Shown here: positions 35,532 to 45,489 of the stretch, piece by piece | How positions within the stretch are numbered: the first letter of the stretch is position 1 | How the letters are laid out: each line of letters begins with the position of its first letter | Assembly: GCA_016000045.1 (NCBI GenBank) | Contig: JAECQY010000003.1 | Coordinates: forward strand, 77,893-141,892 | DNA: 64,000 bases | Direction of reading: 5' to 3' | From: Myxococcaceae bacterium | GTDB taxonomy: Bacteria; Myxococcota; UBA727; JABDBI01 | Program-made: the position numbers and the translations under genes | The notes under the pieces: model-generated | What the model was told of the DNA's origin: nothing | Seen by the model: the letters and a program-made list of their open reading frames with translations, nothing else | Databases searched by the model: none

Positions 35532-36326
35532 TCATCCTAGGATCTTCCAATGATGACAAACAGGGCCGGCTCCGGCACCTATCGAATACGGACTTGAGCG
35601 ATTCATGGCCCCATTCAAATAGGATTTTGCGAGGGCTACAGCTTCACTGAGAGGATGTCCGAACGCAACATAGCACGCAATGGCTGCAGATAGAGTACAG
35701 CCTGTTCCATGAGTGTTGCGGGTTCGAATCCAAGAAGAACGAAAATAGGTTCCTTGAGTTTTACCAAATTTCAGCAAATAATCCTCTGCGTGATCAAAGG
35801 TACGCGTATTCCGATGACCCCCTTTGATCAGCACAGCCTTAGGTCCTATTGAAAGAATCTTATGTGCCATGCTCTCGACGTGATGCTCGCCAACCAAAGC
35901 AGTCGCTTCGTCAAGATTAGGCGTCAGAAGATAGGCTCTGGGAAATAAATACTCTCTCAAAGCGAGTATGGCATCGTTTTCAAGAAGACGATGCCCGGAT
36001 TGTGAAATCATCACCGGGTCAATCACCACTGGAATCGCTGGGTAACGCTTCAAACAATTGGCTACGATCTCAACCACATTGGCGTTGTAAAGCATTCCCA
36101 ATTTAATGGCATCAGCCCCAATATCCTCCAGGACCGCTTCGATTTGTTCTTGAATGAAACTAGGCTCGACCGGAAAAACCCCTTTAACGCCTCTTGTATT
36201 TTGAGAAGTCAAAGCTGTAATGGCAGTTGCTCCGTAGCAGCCAATGGCCGAAATGGTCTTAAGATCGGCTTGAATTCCGGCTCCCCCACCAGAATCGGAG
36301 CCAGCGATCGTTAAGACACGCTTCAT
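35532..36326 (-). CDS. thiD: Hydroxymethylpyrimidine/phosphomethylpyrimidine kinase
   Basis: TIAGSDSGGGAGIQADLKT, KxGML and GTGCTLSAAIA motifs. Confidence 0.9.
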   Translation of the reverse strand: MKRVLTIAGSDSGGGAGIQADLKTISAIGCYGATAITALTSQNTRGVKGVFPVEPSFIQEQIEAVLEDIGADAIKLGMLYNANVVEIVANCLKRYPAIPVVIDPVMISQSGHRLLENDAILALREYLFPRAYLLTPNLDEATALVGEHHVESMAHKILSIGPKAVLIKGGHRNTRTFDHAEDYLLKFGKTQGTYFRSSWIRTRNTHGTGCTLSAAIACYVAFGHPLSEAVALAKSYLNGAMNRSSPYSIGAGAGPVCHHWKILG

Positions 36327-36916
36327 ACCACAAGGGCCTTGGCAGCCTCGCAGGGAGATGAAGAACGACAGATTGCGCTTACAACGGCTACTCCATCCGC
36401 TCCAGCATTCAAAACTTCATGAATATTGCCGCGGTTCACTCCACCCACTGCGATCAATCGATGCCGACTGATGGAACGGGCTTTCCGAACGCCTTCCAAG
36501 CCAAAAGGTGCCTTTGTGTCCTCTTTGGTATGTGTTTCGAAAACAGGGCTTAAGGCCAGATAGGCAACCTCAAGCGGTTCCGCTTGCTCGACATCTTTCA
36601 GCGTTTCGGCTGTCAAACCGATGATCATATGAGCCGGCAAAATCCGGCGAGCCACTTCGTAAGGCAAATCAGACTGCCCGATATGAACTCCATCCGCACC
36701 GATGGCCAAAGCAATATCAACGCGATCATTCACGACCATCGGAACCTGCAATTCCCGGCATACTTGCCTGACAATAAGACCTTGTTCGTAAAAATCGCGA
36801 TCGTTGTAGTACTTGTCTCGCCACTGAACCAAGGTAACCCCCCCGCGGACCGCTTCCCTAATCAGGGCAGGTAAATCTGCATGAGGCTCTAAAACCAATT
36901 GTAATTTCATAAACAC
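36323..36916 (-). CDS. thiE: Thiamine-phosphate synthase
   Basis: VQWRDK, NDRVDIALAIGADGVHIGQSD and IAVGGV motifs. Confidence 0.9.
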   Translation of the reverse strand: MFMKLQLVLEPHADLPALIREAVRGGVTLVQWRDKYYNDRDFYEQGLIVRQVCRELQVPMVVNDRVDIALAIGADGVHIGQSDLPYEVARRILPAHMIIGLTAETLKDVEQAEPLEVAYLALSPVFETHTKEDTKAPFGLEGVRKARSISRHRLIAVGGVNRGNIHEVLNAGADGVAVVSAICRSSSPCEAAKALVV

Positions 36917-37713
36917 TCCACTGCTAACAATGACTTGACTATTTCTTCATCCAAATTTGCTAAAACATCCAGAAAGACTGTTTGATAGCTTCCTAGACCA
37001 CAGCCCGTTGAAGCTGCTTTCTCACCTGCAATGCAAATCGAAGCCATTGCATGAAGAGAGGCTGAAAACAAAACGGGTTGAACAGCACAAAAAGCCGCTA
37101 TCATGGCAGAGGCTAAGCAGCCCATGCCCGTGATACGAGCCATCATCGCTGTTCCATTGTAAAGTCGAGCGGTTCCTTGGCTCTGAACGATTAAATCATC
37201 CGGACCACTAACCACCACGACACAACCATATTGCTGATTGATTGAATAGGCGTACTCCAGCGCTTCGGCTGGCAACAACGAAGTCTCAACTCCTCGAGTC
37301 GTTGATTTCCCTCCCGCTAATGCAGCGACTTCAGAAGGATTTCCACGAACCACACAAACGCCTCCGATTTCAAGCAACTCCTGAACAATCCGGGTTCTGC
37401 AGGGTGTGGCACCTGCTCCAACCGGGTCTAGAACCACAGGCTTTCCAAGTTGAGACGCTTGACGAAGTGCGCGCTTCATGACTCCAACCATCATTCGATC
37501 GGCTGTGCCGATATTTAAGACCAGCGAATCTGAAGAAGCGACGAGTTCCTCTATTTCCTCTTCTGCCTGCGACATCACAGGTGCAGCCCCTATGGCTAAC
37601 AATCCATTCGCAACCCAACCCGCAGAAACAAAGTTAGTTAAATTTAAGACCAGCGGCTTGTTGCGCCTTACCAACTCCAAATCACGAACAATCGAATGAA
37701 AATCCAAATTCAT
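36907..37713 (-). CDS. thiM: Hydroxyethylthiazole kinase
   Basis: PLVLNLTNFVS and GAAPVM motifs. I placed the start at the internal ATG (MNLDFHS), which gives the usual ~268 aa. The longer TTG-start ORF reaches 37782. Confidence 0.85.
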   Translation of the reverse strand: MNLDFHSIVRDLELVRRNKPLVLNLTNFVSAGWVANGLLAIGAAPVMSQAEEEIEELVASSDSLVLNIGTADRMMVGVMKRALRQASQLGKPVVLDPVGAGATPCRTRIVQELLEIGGVCVVRGNPSEVAALAGGKSTTRGVETSLLPAEALEYAYSINQQYGCVVVVSGPDDLIVQSQGTARLYNGTAMMARITGMGCLASAMIAAFCAVQPVLFSASLHAMASICIAGEKAASTGCGLGSYQTVFLDVLANLDEEIVKSLLAVECL

Positions 37714-37814
37714 ATCGCAGCCATACAGATGTAATTCTCTTCGAGCAAGCCCATGGCTGTCGCAATTCCTCAAAAAAAACAACCCTCCATTGCAATCCTA
37801 ATATTGCATCTGGC

Positions 37815-39125
37815 ATGATGGAAGCAATGATAACAAATCTCCTCGCTGCGCGTTCGCAAATGGGCTTATCCTTGGGATTCCACATTATCTTTGCCATTTG
37901 CGGCATCGGAATGCCTCTACTCATGTGCATTGCGGAGTGGGTCTACCTCAGGACCAACAACCTACTTTACTTGACTTTGGCCAAACGCTGGTCACAAGGT
38001 ACGGCAATTATGTTTGCGGTGGGAGCCGTATCCGGAACTGTTCTATCCTTTGAACTTGGCTTACTTTGGCCAACCTTCATGAAGTTCGCCGGTCCTGTCA
38101 TTGGAATGCCTTTTTCTCTAGAAGGCTTTGCATTTTTCTTGGAAGCCATCTTTCTCGGAATCTATCTCTACGGATGGGAAAAAATCTCAACGAGAGCGCA
38201 TTGGTTAACAGGAGTGATGGTCCTGATCAGCGGCACGAGTTCTGCGATTTTAGTGGTTGCAGCAAACGGTTGGATGAACACCCCAACGGGCATCACGATT
38301 CAAAATGGAGTCGTTACGCACTTTGATCCCTTCGAAGCGATGAATAACCCAGCCTGGCTGCCTCAGTCGTTGCATATGGTTCTAGCAGCTTATGCTTCGA
38401 TGGGATTTTTTGCGGCAGGGATTCACGCCATCGGACTCCTGAAGAAACCCGAGAATCTGTTTCACCAGACAGGGCTTCGGGTCGCCTTCTGGGTCGGCGC
38501 AGTGACGATTCCCTTGCAACTTGCAAGCGGCCATTTAAGCGCCATGCATGTGGCTCAATACCAGCCCATGAAACTTGCGGCCATGGAAGGGCAATGGAAA
38601 ACAGAAGCAGGAGCCCCTCTGCGAATCTTCGGCTGGCCCAATGAGAAAGAGCAAAGAACCGAGTTCGCGATCGAGATACCGAAAATGCTGAGCTTTCTAG
38701 CCTATGAAAACCCGGATGCAGTCGTCCGAGGCATCGCAGACTTCCCCGTCGATGAGCGCCCTCCCATTTGGCCCATTCATGTAAGCTTTCAAGTCATGAT
38801 CTTCGCAGGTATGGCCATGCTGGCAACAGCCTTGCTCGGAGTATTTTTGCACGGAAAGAAAAAATCTTTTGAATCGACTCCTTGGTTTTTAAAGTTACTG
38901 GCTTTGTGCTCTCCCATGGGTTTCATCGCGGTGGAAGCAGGCTGGATGGTGACAGAAATCGGTCGACAACCTTGGATTATCTGGCATACGATGAGAACCA
39001 GTGAAGCTTTAACGCCAATGCCATATCTTCAAATTCCATTTTTATTTTTTACAGGTCTGTATGGCATTTTGTCATTCATTGTTGTCTACTTGCTTCGAAA
39101 GAGGGTGTTTCATGTGGACGCCTGA
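37815..39125 (+). CDS. cydA: Cytochrome bd-type quinol oxidase subunit I
   Basis: The N-terminus LARSQMGLSLGFHIIFA is followed by the GWMVTEIGRQPW motif. The short Q-loop form, 436 aa. Confidence 0.9.
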   Translation: MMEAMITNLLAARSQMGLSLGFHIIFAICGIGMPLLMCIAEWVYLRTNNLLYLTLAKRWSQGTAIMFAVGAVSGTVLSFELGLLWPTFMKFAGPVIGMPFSLEGFAFFLEAIFLGIYLYGWEKISTRAHWLTGVMVLISGTSSAILVVAANGWMNTPTGITIQNGVVTHFDPFEAMNNPAWLPQSLHMVLAAYASMGFFAAGIHAIGLLKKPENLFHQTGLRVAFWVGAVTIPLQLASGHLSAMHVAQYQPMKLAAMEGQWKTEAGAPLRIFGWPNEKEQRTEFAIEIPKMLSFLAYENPDAVVRGIADFPVDERPPIWPIHVSFQVMIFAGMAMLATALLGVFLHGKKKSFESTPWFLKLLALCSPMGFIAVEAGWMVTEIGRQPWIIWHTMRTSEALTPMPYLQIPFLFFTGLYGILSFIVVYLLRKRVFHVDA

Positions 39126-40167
39126 GTATTTACTGGCGGCGGTTTTATGGATCGCCTTGTGCATCTACATGCTCACAGCAGGAGCTGATTTTGGAGGAGG
39201 AATCCTGGATCTTCTCTCATTTGGACCACACCGGGCAGAAAAAAGAAAGCTGATCGCAAATCAGATCGCGCCCATTTGGGAATCGAACCATATTTGGCTA
39301 ATTATCATCGTGGTTCTTCTATTTGTGTGTTTTCCACTCGTTTTTGAAACCATCAGCATTGTTCTCCACATTCCACTGACACTGGTGCTTGTGGGGATTA
39401 TTCTAAGAGGGTGTTCATTCATCTTTCGTGCATACGACCTTCCGAACAGCCAAACTCAAAAGACTTGGGGCTTTATCTTTGGAATTGCCAGCCTATTGAC
39501 ACCTTTCATGCTGGGAATCTGCTTAGCCACCATTGCATCTGGCCAAATACCGACTCTGCCCTCACCCACCTTCATTGACGGTTCCTGGGGAACTTCAAGG
39601 CAGATCATTGATCAAGATTTTTATTTTTATTTTATCGGGCCATGGCTTCAGAAATTTCCGGTGATCATCGGATTTTTAACTCTCAGCCTATGCGGCCTGC
39701 TATCCTCACTTTATCTTGTTCTGCGCGCCAATTCCGAAAAGCTCAAAAATGATTTTCGGAAATTTGGAATTCTCTTTGAAGTCTTGACAGCGGTCTCGCT
39801 TTTAATAGCTATTTTTACATCTCGAACGGATGCCCCGAGGCTCCACGAGGCTCTTCTTTATGAAGATTGGTCTCTTGCTTTACAGGCCCTGACATTTCTA
39901 AGCGCAATTGTCTTGTTTTCGGCTTTGCGCAAGGGCTATGACCGAGTTGCGCAATTAGCTGGCATCAGTCAAGTCCTTCTTGTTCTTTTAGGGTGGGCGC
40001 TCGGGCAATTTCCCTATCTGATCGTAGATACTCATACCATCTTAGATAGCGCCGCTTCACGTGCGATTCTAAACCCAGTTTTAATTGCTTTAGGTGTTGG
40101 AGCCTGTGCCTTGATTCCTTCTTTCATCTGGCTCTATCGCCTGTTTTCACCCACCAAGCCGGTTTGA
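39112..40167 (+). CDS. cydB: Cytochrome bd-type quinol oxidase subunit II
   Basis: A polytopic protein with LTAGADFGGG near the N-terminus. The start MWTPEY overlaps the cydA stop by 14 nt. Confidence 0.85.
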   Translation: MWTPEYLLAAVLWIALCIYMLTAGADFGGGILDLLSFGPHRAEKRKLIANQIAPIWESNHIWLIIIVVLLFVCFPLVFETISIVLHIPLTLVLVGIILRGCSFIFRAYDLPNSQTQKTWGFIFGIASLLTPFMLGICLATIASGQIPTLPSPTFIDGSWGTSRQIIDQDFYFYFIGPWLQKFPVIIGFLTLSLCGLLSSLYLVLRANSEKLKNDFRKFGILFEVLTAVSLLIAIFTSRTDAPRLHEALLYEDWSLALQALTFLSAIVLFSALRKGYDRVAQLAGISQVLLVLLGWALGQFPYLIVDTHTILDSAASRAILNPVLIALGVGACALIPSFIWLYRLFSPTKPV

Positions 40168-40239
40168 AATCAGATTTTTGGGTCCCAAACTGGCAATGAA
40201 CCCTTCAGCAATGCTACGCTGAGGCATGGAGAGGAAGGT

Positions 40240-40470
40240 ATGGTTCCAGTGTACGCACCGTCTAATGAAATCGAAGGCCAACGCATCGTCCGTTTTTTGA
40301 TTAGCGAGCGCGTTGCCGCCATGCTTGAAGTGAGCTCTCCTCTACCTCAACCACTGGAATGGCATACTCTCCGGATCCTAGCTCCCGAAAAGCAACGTCC
40401 AAAAGCCATTGAACTGATCGCAACAGCGCGTTTGGATCAGGTTATCGCCGACAATGGCATGTTTTTATGA
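40240..40470 (+). CDS. Small hypothetical protein
   Basis: A 76-aa ORF in an otherwise empty interval. I recognise no family with confidence. Confidence 0.35.
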   Translation: MVPVYAPSNEIEGQRIVRFLISERVAAMLEVSSPLPQPLEWHTLRILAPEKQRPKAIELIATARLDQVIADNGMFL

Positions 40471-40671
40471 ATGCTCTTGCAACTCTTTTTTCGAACCATC
40501 GGCCATGAGTTGCTCGATCTTGCCTTGCATGTCTTGCAAACGTTTCTCGGCTTCTTTCACCGTCTGAACACCTTTTTCGTAGACTTCTAAACTCTTTTCC
40601 AGGGCTAAGTCGCCTTTTTCCAGCTGACTCACCAAGCTCTCTAAATTTTTCAATACTTGTTCAAAGTCCAT
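40465..40671 (-). CDS. xseB: Exodeoxyribonuclease VII small subunit
   Basis: FEQVLKNLESLVSQLEKGDLALEKSLEVYEKG is the canonical XseB pattern. The gene overlaps xseA. Confidence 0.9.
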   Translation of the reverse strand: MDFEQVLKNLESLVSQLEKGDLALEKSLEVYEKGVQTVKEAEKRLQDMQGKIEQLMADGSKKELQEHS

Positions 40672-41869
40672 CTTTGCTTTTCACCTCAACTCCTAAAATT
40701 CCATTCGACAGTCGCACATCGACCGAGCTCCCTAAATGAACCTGTTCCAACTTGCTCACCACGTGACCTTCAAAAAATACAGCCCCATAGCCCCTGGCTA
40801 AGACTTTCAACGGCGAAAGAGCCTCTAATTTGGTCACGCTGGAAACCATTCTTTCGCGTGTGCTCTGCAAACGCTTGGATAAAACTTTTTCTAATTTCTG
40901 AGCCAGGGCATCCAAACGTTGCACCGTAGTCAAAAGCCGAACCTTCGGAGAAACAAAACGTTTAGAAAGACGCTCTAAAAGCAAATGCATTCGGTTGAGG
41001 GTTGCCTGAACCTGCTTGTGCAGGCGCGCCTCAAAACGCTTCAAAGCCTGCCGAAGCTCAGCCTTGTCTGGGACAGCTGTTTGCGCAGCATGCGTTGGAG
41101 TTGCGCACCGCAAATCTGCTACAAAATCAGCAATGGTGAAATCTGTTTCGTGACCGACCGCGCTAATAATGGGTGTTTTGCACGCATAAATGGCGCGCGC
41201 GAGAACTTCTTCGTTAAAAGCCCATAAATCTTCCAAAGAACCCCCGCCTCGACCGATAATAATCAGATCGCAGTTCTGGCTTTCCAATCGTTTAAGAGCT
41301 ATGGCCAGCTCTTCCGCAGCCCCTTGGCCTTGCACACGAGCGGGAGACAACAGCACCGATTGACCGGGCATGCGATGCTTCAGAATTCGAAGCATGTCCT
41401 GTAAAGCAGCTCCCTGTGGCGAGGTCACAATACCCAATACTTTTGGGAAAAATGGAATCGGTTTCTTTGAGGCCGAATCAAAAAAACCCTCTCTTTCTAA
41501 CTTTTGCTTCAGTTGCTCAAAAGCAAGCGCAAGCGCGCCGGAACCGACCGGTTCCATGCTTTCAACAATCAGCTGTATCTTACTTTGAGGAAGATAAACC
41601 GACACCCGGCCCGTCAGCAAAACCTGCAAACCATCTTGCACTTCGAATTTGACTCGATCGCAGGACCCTTTAAACATCACCGAGGGCAAGGTTGCTTGTT
41701 CATCCTTCAAGTCAAAATACCAGTGGCCTGAGCGCCAGGGCTTAAAGGAAGAAATTTCTCCCACAACAGTCACCTGCCGATAACCTGTTTCAAGATCCTG
41801 CCGAATCCTGGCAACCAATTGGCTGACCGTTAAACTTGAGTCCATCACCCGGTTCATTGAGGAGTTCAT
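40661..41869 (-). CDS. xseA: Exodeoxyribonuclease VII large subunit
   Basis: LTVSQL...VVGEISSFKPWRSGHWYFDLKD (OB fold), followed by GRGGGSLEDLWAFN. The start is ambiguous among Met codons at 41845-41869; the ORF extends to 41974. Confidence 0.9.
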   Translation of the reverse strand: MNSSMNRVMDSSLTVSQLVARIRQDLETGYRQVTVVGEISSFKPWRSGHWYFDLKDEQATLPSVMFKGSCDRVKFEVQDGLQVLLTGRVSVYLPQSKIQLIVESMEPVGSGALALAFEQLKQKLEREGFFDSASKKPIPFFPKVLGIVTSPQGAALQDMLRILKHRMPGQSVLLSPARVQGQGAAEELAIALKRLESQNCDLIIIGRGGGSLEDLWAFNEEVLARAIYACKTPIISAVGHETDFTIADFVADLRCATPTHAAQTAVPDKAELRQALKRFEARLHKQVQATLNRMHLLLERLSKRFVSPKVRLLTTVQRLDALAQKLEKVLSKRLQSTRERMVSSVTKLEALSPLKVLARGYGAVFFEGHVVSKLEQVHLGSSVDVRLSNGILGVEVKSKDGL

Positions 41870-42085
41870 ACAAAATCGCAATAGGGACACAAAGCTCGAT
41901 CCCAATACCCATTCTGACAAATTGAGCACTGCATCAAGGCAAATCCAAATAAAAGTTTTTGGTTCTGGAACCATAGGATTGGATGGTCAAATAACCGGTT
42001 TGAAACAACAAGGCCGGCGACCACCATCATCGTGATCGTGCATGCCGAATTGAAAATCATCTTTATTTAACTTAGCAACGAACTT

Positions 42086-42493
42086 ATGGAATCACGCTGG
42101 ATCAAAATTTTTCAAATCGCAGCCGCTTTTCTAGGTTTTACAGCCGTGCTACTGGGAGCTGTCGGCGCTCACATTTTATCGGAGTCTCCGAGCCTTAAAA
42201 GCTTTGAAACCGCAACTCGATTTCAGCTTATGCATGCCATATTTCTGATCGTAGTTTCTTCGCGATCGCGTGCCACAAGCTCTCTTATCAGCATCGGCTG
42301 CGTATTTTTTTGCGGATCAATTTACTTGAAAACGATGACAGGAATGGAGTTTTGGTCAAATTTCACACCCATCGGCGGACTATTGCTGATGGCTGCTTGG
42401 ATGAGCGTTGGCTTCCTAACAACTCGAGTGCATCCATGCGAGTGGGCGCGTCCGTCGCCAAATGAAGTCTCTTCCGAATATCATCGTTTATGA
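42086..42493 (+). CDS. DUF423 (YgdD-like) small membrane protein
   Basis: Four TM helices with LGAVGAHIL near the N-terminus, as in DUF423 proteins. Confidence 0.65.
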   Translation: MESRWIKIFQIAAAFLGFTAVLLGAVGAHILSESPSLKSFETATRFQLMHAIFLIVVSSRSRATSSLISIGCVFFCGSIYLKTMTGMEFWSNFTPIGGLLLMAAWMSVGFLTTRVHPCEWARPSPNEVSSEYHRL

Positions 42494-42641
42494 GCCTCTA
42501 CATCCTGTCCTACAGCTTGCTCTATATCTTTGCTATCACTGGAATGGTGAACAATATCTGTTGAAACGTCTTGCTTTGAGAGCTGAACCCTGTTGTCATC
42601 AAACACAGACTCAAGCAGGGTTGATTAGGAAAGGTAGGCTT

Positions 42642-42974
42642 ATGGCACAAGAACTGGATTCATTCAGCGACTACATCATTCATGACCAGCTACAGGCTCT
42701 GCAAATCCGGGGCCGCAGAATGTTTGGTGGAGTCGGGCTTTATCGAGGCATGACATTTTTTGGGCTTATCTGGCAAGGAACCCTTTTCTTTAAGACAGAC
42801 GATCTTAGCCGCAATCCATATCTGAAAGCCAATATGAAGCCATTTCAACCCAACCCCAAACAAATTTTAAAATCTTACTACCAAGTACCCAATGAAATTG
42901 TTGAGAATCGTGAACAGTTGATGCTTTGGGCTAAAGAAGCCATTCGAATTGGACAAGCTGCCTCTAAACCTTAA
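42642..42974 (+). CDS. TfoX N-terminal domain-like protein
   Basis: RRMFGGVGLYRGMTFFGLIWQGTLFFKTDD matches the TfoX_N pattern. I placed the start at the internal Met (MAQELD). Confidence 0.6.
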   Translation: MAQELDSFSDYIIHDQLQALQIRGRRMFGGVGLYRGMTFFGLIWQGTLFFKTDDLSRNPYLKANMKPFQPNPKQILKSYYQVPNEIVENREQLMLWAKEAIRIGQAASKP

Positions 42975-44155
42975 TAGAAACCCAAGAACGGATCTTGAAT
43001 CATGGGAACAAAACGATTCCGCACCTCTCCTGACCAATAAAGCGATCCTGTGATGATATGGATTCGATCGGATTCAAAAGTTTCCGTCGCTTCACAGACG
43101 TCTTGAAATCCAACCTGTTGAAACAAGGCTCTGAGCTCTGCTGCAGGAACCGCTCTCGGCACACGAGACTGCCCAACGCGCACGGATAGCTTTGGACTCA
43201 CTTCATACCATAAAGCCGCTATGTCTTCGACCGAATGCCCTTGGGTACAACCGATCCAAAGAACAGCCTCCGATAAAGAGTCTCCCAGATCCTCGCGTAA
43301 AGAGTCAATCAGCGTTTGGGTGCCATCCGGGTTATGCGCGCCATCGATCAATACTTTTGGATTTTCTGAGATCCACTCATATCGGCACGGCCATCTTGTT
43401 TTTCGAAGCCCATCTTGAATCGCTCTTGAAGACACATCGATCCCTGCCGATCGAATCAAGCTCACAGCCAAGCTCGCGTTTTGAGATTGAAACGAGCCTT
43501 TGAGTCCCAACTCCCATGACGGTTCAATCGATTGGTAAGCATTGCTTCCTCCCATTCGGCAAAAAACAGCGTCTACTTCAGGCTCTTGAGGGCTCCAACA
43601 AGCAGGTACTCCTGGCTTTAGGATGCCAGCTTTTTCAGCTGCTATTTCCAGTAAATTGTCTCCTAGCCACTCTTGATGATCCAATCCAATTCTTGAGATC
43701 CCAACAGCCAAAGGGGTCAGGACATTGGTAGCATCCAGTCGTCCTCCCAAACCTACTTCGATCACAGCCATGTCAACTTTTTGCTCTGCAAAATAAAGGA
43801 ACGCCATCACCGTCAACCGCTCAAAAAACGTGCCTCCTTGGGGGAGTATCGCTTGTAAACGTGCAAAATCAGCTTCCGAGATCATGCATCCATTCATTGC
43901 AATTCGTTCTCTCGCGCAAGCAAGGTGCGGACTTGTGTAAAGCCCGACTTTGTACCCTTGCTCTCTTAAAATCGAAAACGCAAAAGCACAGGTGCTTCCT
44001 TTGCCATTTGTACCAGCCACATGCAAAGAGGAGAAGCCTCTGTGAGGGTTCCCAACACGGGATAATAAAAGACGCATACACTCAAGTCCCATCTTTGGAT
44101 TGGAACCTGCATCCAACAGTTGTCTTAGAGCAGTTAGGTAATCTTCACTTTGCAT
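42971..44155 (-). CDS. folC: Bifunctional folylpolyglutamate synthase / dihydrofolate synthase
   Basis: HVAGTNGKGST P-loop in a Mur-ligase-like layout, 394 aa. Confidence 0.85.
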   Translation of the reverse strand: MQSEDYLTALRQLLDAGSNPKMGLECMRLLLSRVGNPHRGFSSLHVAGTNGKGSTCAFAFSILREQGYKVGLYTSPHLACARERIAMNGCMISEADFARLQAILPQGGTFFERLTVMAFLYFAEQKVDMAVIEVGLGGRLDATNVLTPLAVGISRIGLDHQEWLGDNLLEIAAEKAGILKPGVPACWSPQEPEVDAVFCRMGGSNAYQSIEPSWELGLKGSFQSQNASLAVSLIRSAGIDVSSRAIQDGLRKTRWPCRYEWISENPKVLIDGAHNPDGTQTLIDSLREDLGDSLSEAVLWIGCTQGHSVEDIAALWYEVSPKLSVRVGQSRVPRAVPAAELRALFQQVGFQDVCEATETFESDRIHIITGSLYWSGEVRNRFVPMIQDPFLGFY

Positions 44156-44424
44156 GAAAGCGTTTTTAGCATAGAAAACGCTCGATCGTTCGGGCCCTTT
44201 ATCCCAACAACATCTAGATGAGGGTGTTGCTCCCTCAACAAACTTGATTTTTTTTGAAAAGACTTTCCAAGAAAAACCAGATGCACTCCTCCTTTTTCGA
44301 TTTGTTTCAAGGCAGATTCGACCGTATTCGTATAGAGTAATTCAAGAGGAGAGCGTAGAAAAGCAACCTTTTCTAAGTACATTGGAAAATCATTTAGATT
44401 ATCATCGATCAATAAAATTTTCAT
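44134..44424 (-). CDS. Truncated receiver-like (pseudo-receiver) protein
   Basis: MKILLIDDN matches a REC N-terminus. The expected phospho-acceptor Asp position reads VHLVFLG, and the domain is only 96 aa. Confidence 0.45.
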   Translation of the reverse strand: MKILLIDDNLNDFPMYLEKVAFLRSPLELLYTNTVESALKQIEKGGVHLVFLGKSFQKKSSLLREQHPHLDVVGIKGPNDRAFSMLKTLSCKVKIT

Positions 44425-44652
44425 ACTGCGCCACCTTTGTCTTGGATCTTAACTCAACTCGGGTGCTCTGGAATAGCACGGGTTCAATTTAATGCTTGCC
44501 TCAGCGTATCACCGATGAAAAACGGGTCCCCCAGGCAAAGTAGAAGCGCCATTCCCAGCTAATCTCTCCTGAAATTTAACATGTCGGATGATAAAATGAC
44601 GCGAGAATCCCACTCCTAGAAGCTCCCGAGGAAAAGGTCGCCGGAAAAATTG

Positions 44653-45489
44653 CTAGTCGTACAATAGGGCATCCAGCTCTTCCAAGTGTCTCAAAAGTGT
44701 TGACCACGCTTGTTCAAATGAATCTCTCTTGCCAGCAAGACTAACTGAGTTCCAGGCATGCTTCAGTACCCACGGATTCAAAACAGAAATATGCTGAAAA
44801 AACGAGGGTGGGATGGGAGTGTTTCTATTTTGAAAAGTGGTTTGTATTGAGGTCTCTAATCTTTTAGAATTTTTGCAGATGGAGAGCAGTTTAAGCAAAT
44901 CAAAGACATCCTTTGCTCTGGAATTACTTTCTGATCGCCGGCAAAGAGTTTCCAGTTTCTCAGCCAAGATGCTTTCAGGCGGGTAGACTCGCCATGAAAT
45001 TTCGGAATTTGTTTGGATGAGTGGAATCATTTTTTGAGTTTTCGGAATTTTAGGAATGCGATCTCCCAAGCCAATATCCAAATGTAGACGTGAAAGTTTG
45101 TGAATTTGTCTTGTCAGCGGAATACTTCCGATCTGAAAAGCACAATCAAACCGATATCCACCCAGTTCATGGTGAGTAACAAGTTCTTTTATGGTGATAT
45201 CGCCATACCAGAGATCATCCTTGAGATCGGTTCTCAGGGCTTCTGTTACGCAGTTTATTAGACTCGATTTGGATAACGAGAGGGCAGAAGCATCTATATC
45301 GCGCGTAAATCGTGGGTGAGAAATTGTTTTAAATAAAACAAATCCACCTTTGAAAATGACATGCTTTCTTAAAATAGAGTGATGCTCAAGGCGTGCCACG
45401 ATACGTTCTAAGCCTAGAAGGACCCGAAGTTGATTAATGTGCATGGAATTGGTTTTTGCCAGATCCATTAGTTTCTGATGAATGCTCAC
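44653..45489 (-). CDS. Nucleotidyltransferase AbiEii/AbiGii-family toxin (type IV TA)
   Basis: Has a GGFVLFK...FTRDIDA motif typical of DUF1814/AbiEii. Its start overlaps the upstream AbiEi stop by 4 nt. Confidence 0.8.
   Translation of the reverse strand: MSIHQKLMDLAKTNSMHINQLRVLLGLERIVARLEHHSILRKHVIFKGGFVLFKTISHPRFTRDIDASALSLSKSSLINCVTEALRTDLKDDLWYGDITIKELVTHHELGGYRFDCAFQIGSIPLTRQIHKLSRLHLDIGLGDRIPKIPKTQKMIPLIQTNSEISWRVYPPESILAEKLETLCRRSESNSRAKDVFDLLKLLSICKNSKRLETSIQTTFQNRNTPIPPSFFQHISVLNPWVLKHAWNSVSLAGKRDSFEQAWSTLLRHLEELDALLYD

Noticed and set aside
35718-35731. A tRNA T-arm-like string gcgggttcgaatcc.
   Set aside because: It lies inside the thiD coding sequence. No acceptor, D-arm or anticodon structure can be built around it.
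37714-37814. Possible TPP riboswitch in the thiM leader.
   Set aside because: The minus-strand sequence lacks the conserved CUGAGA and ACCUGAUCYGG...GCG core elements. It shows only weak, scattered resemblance.
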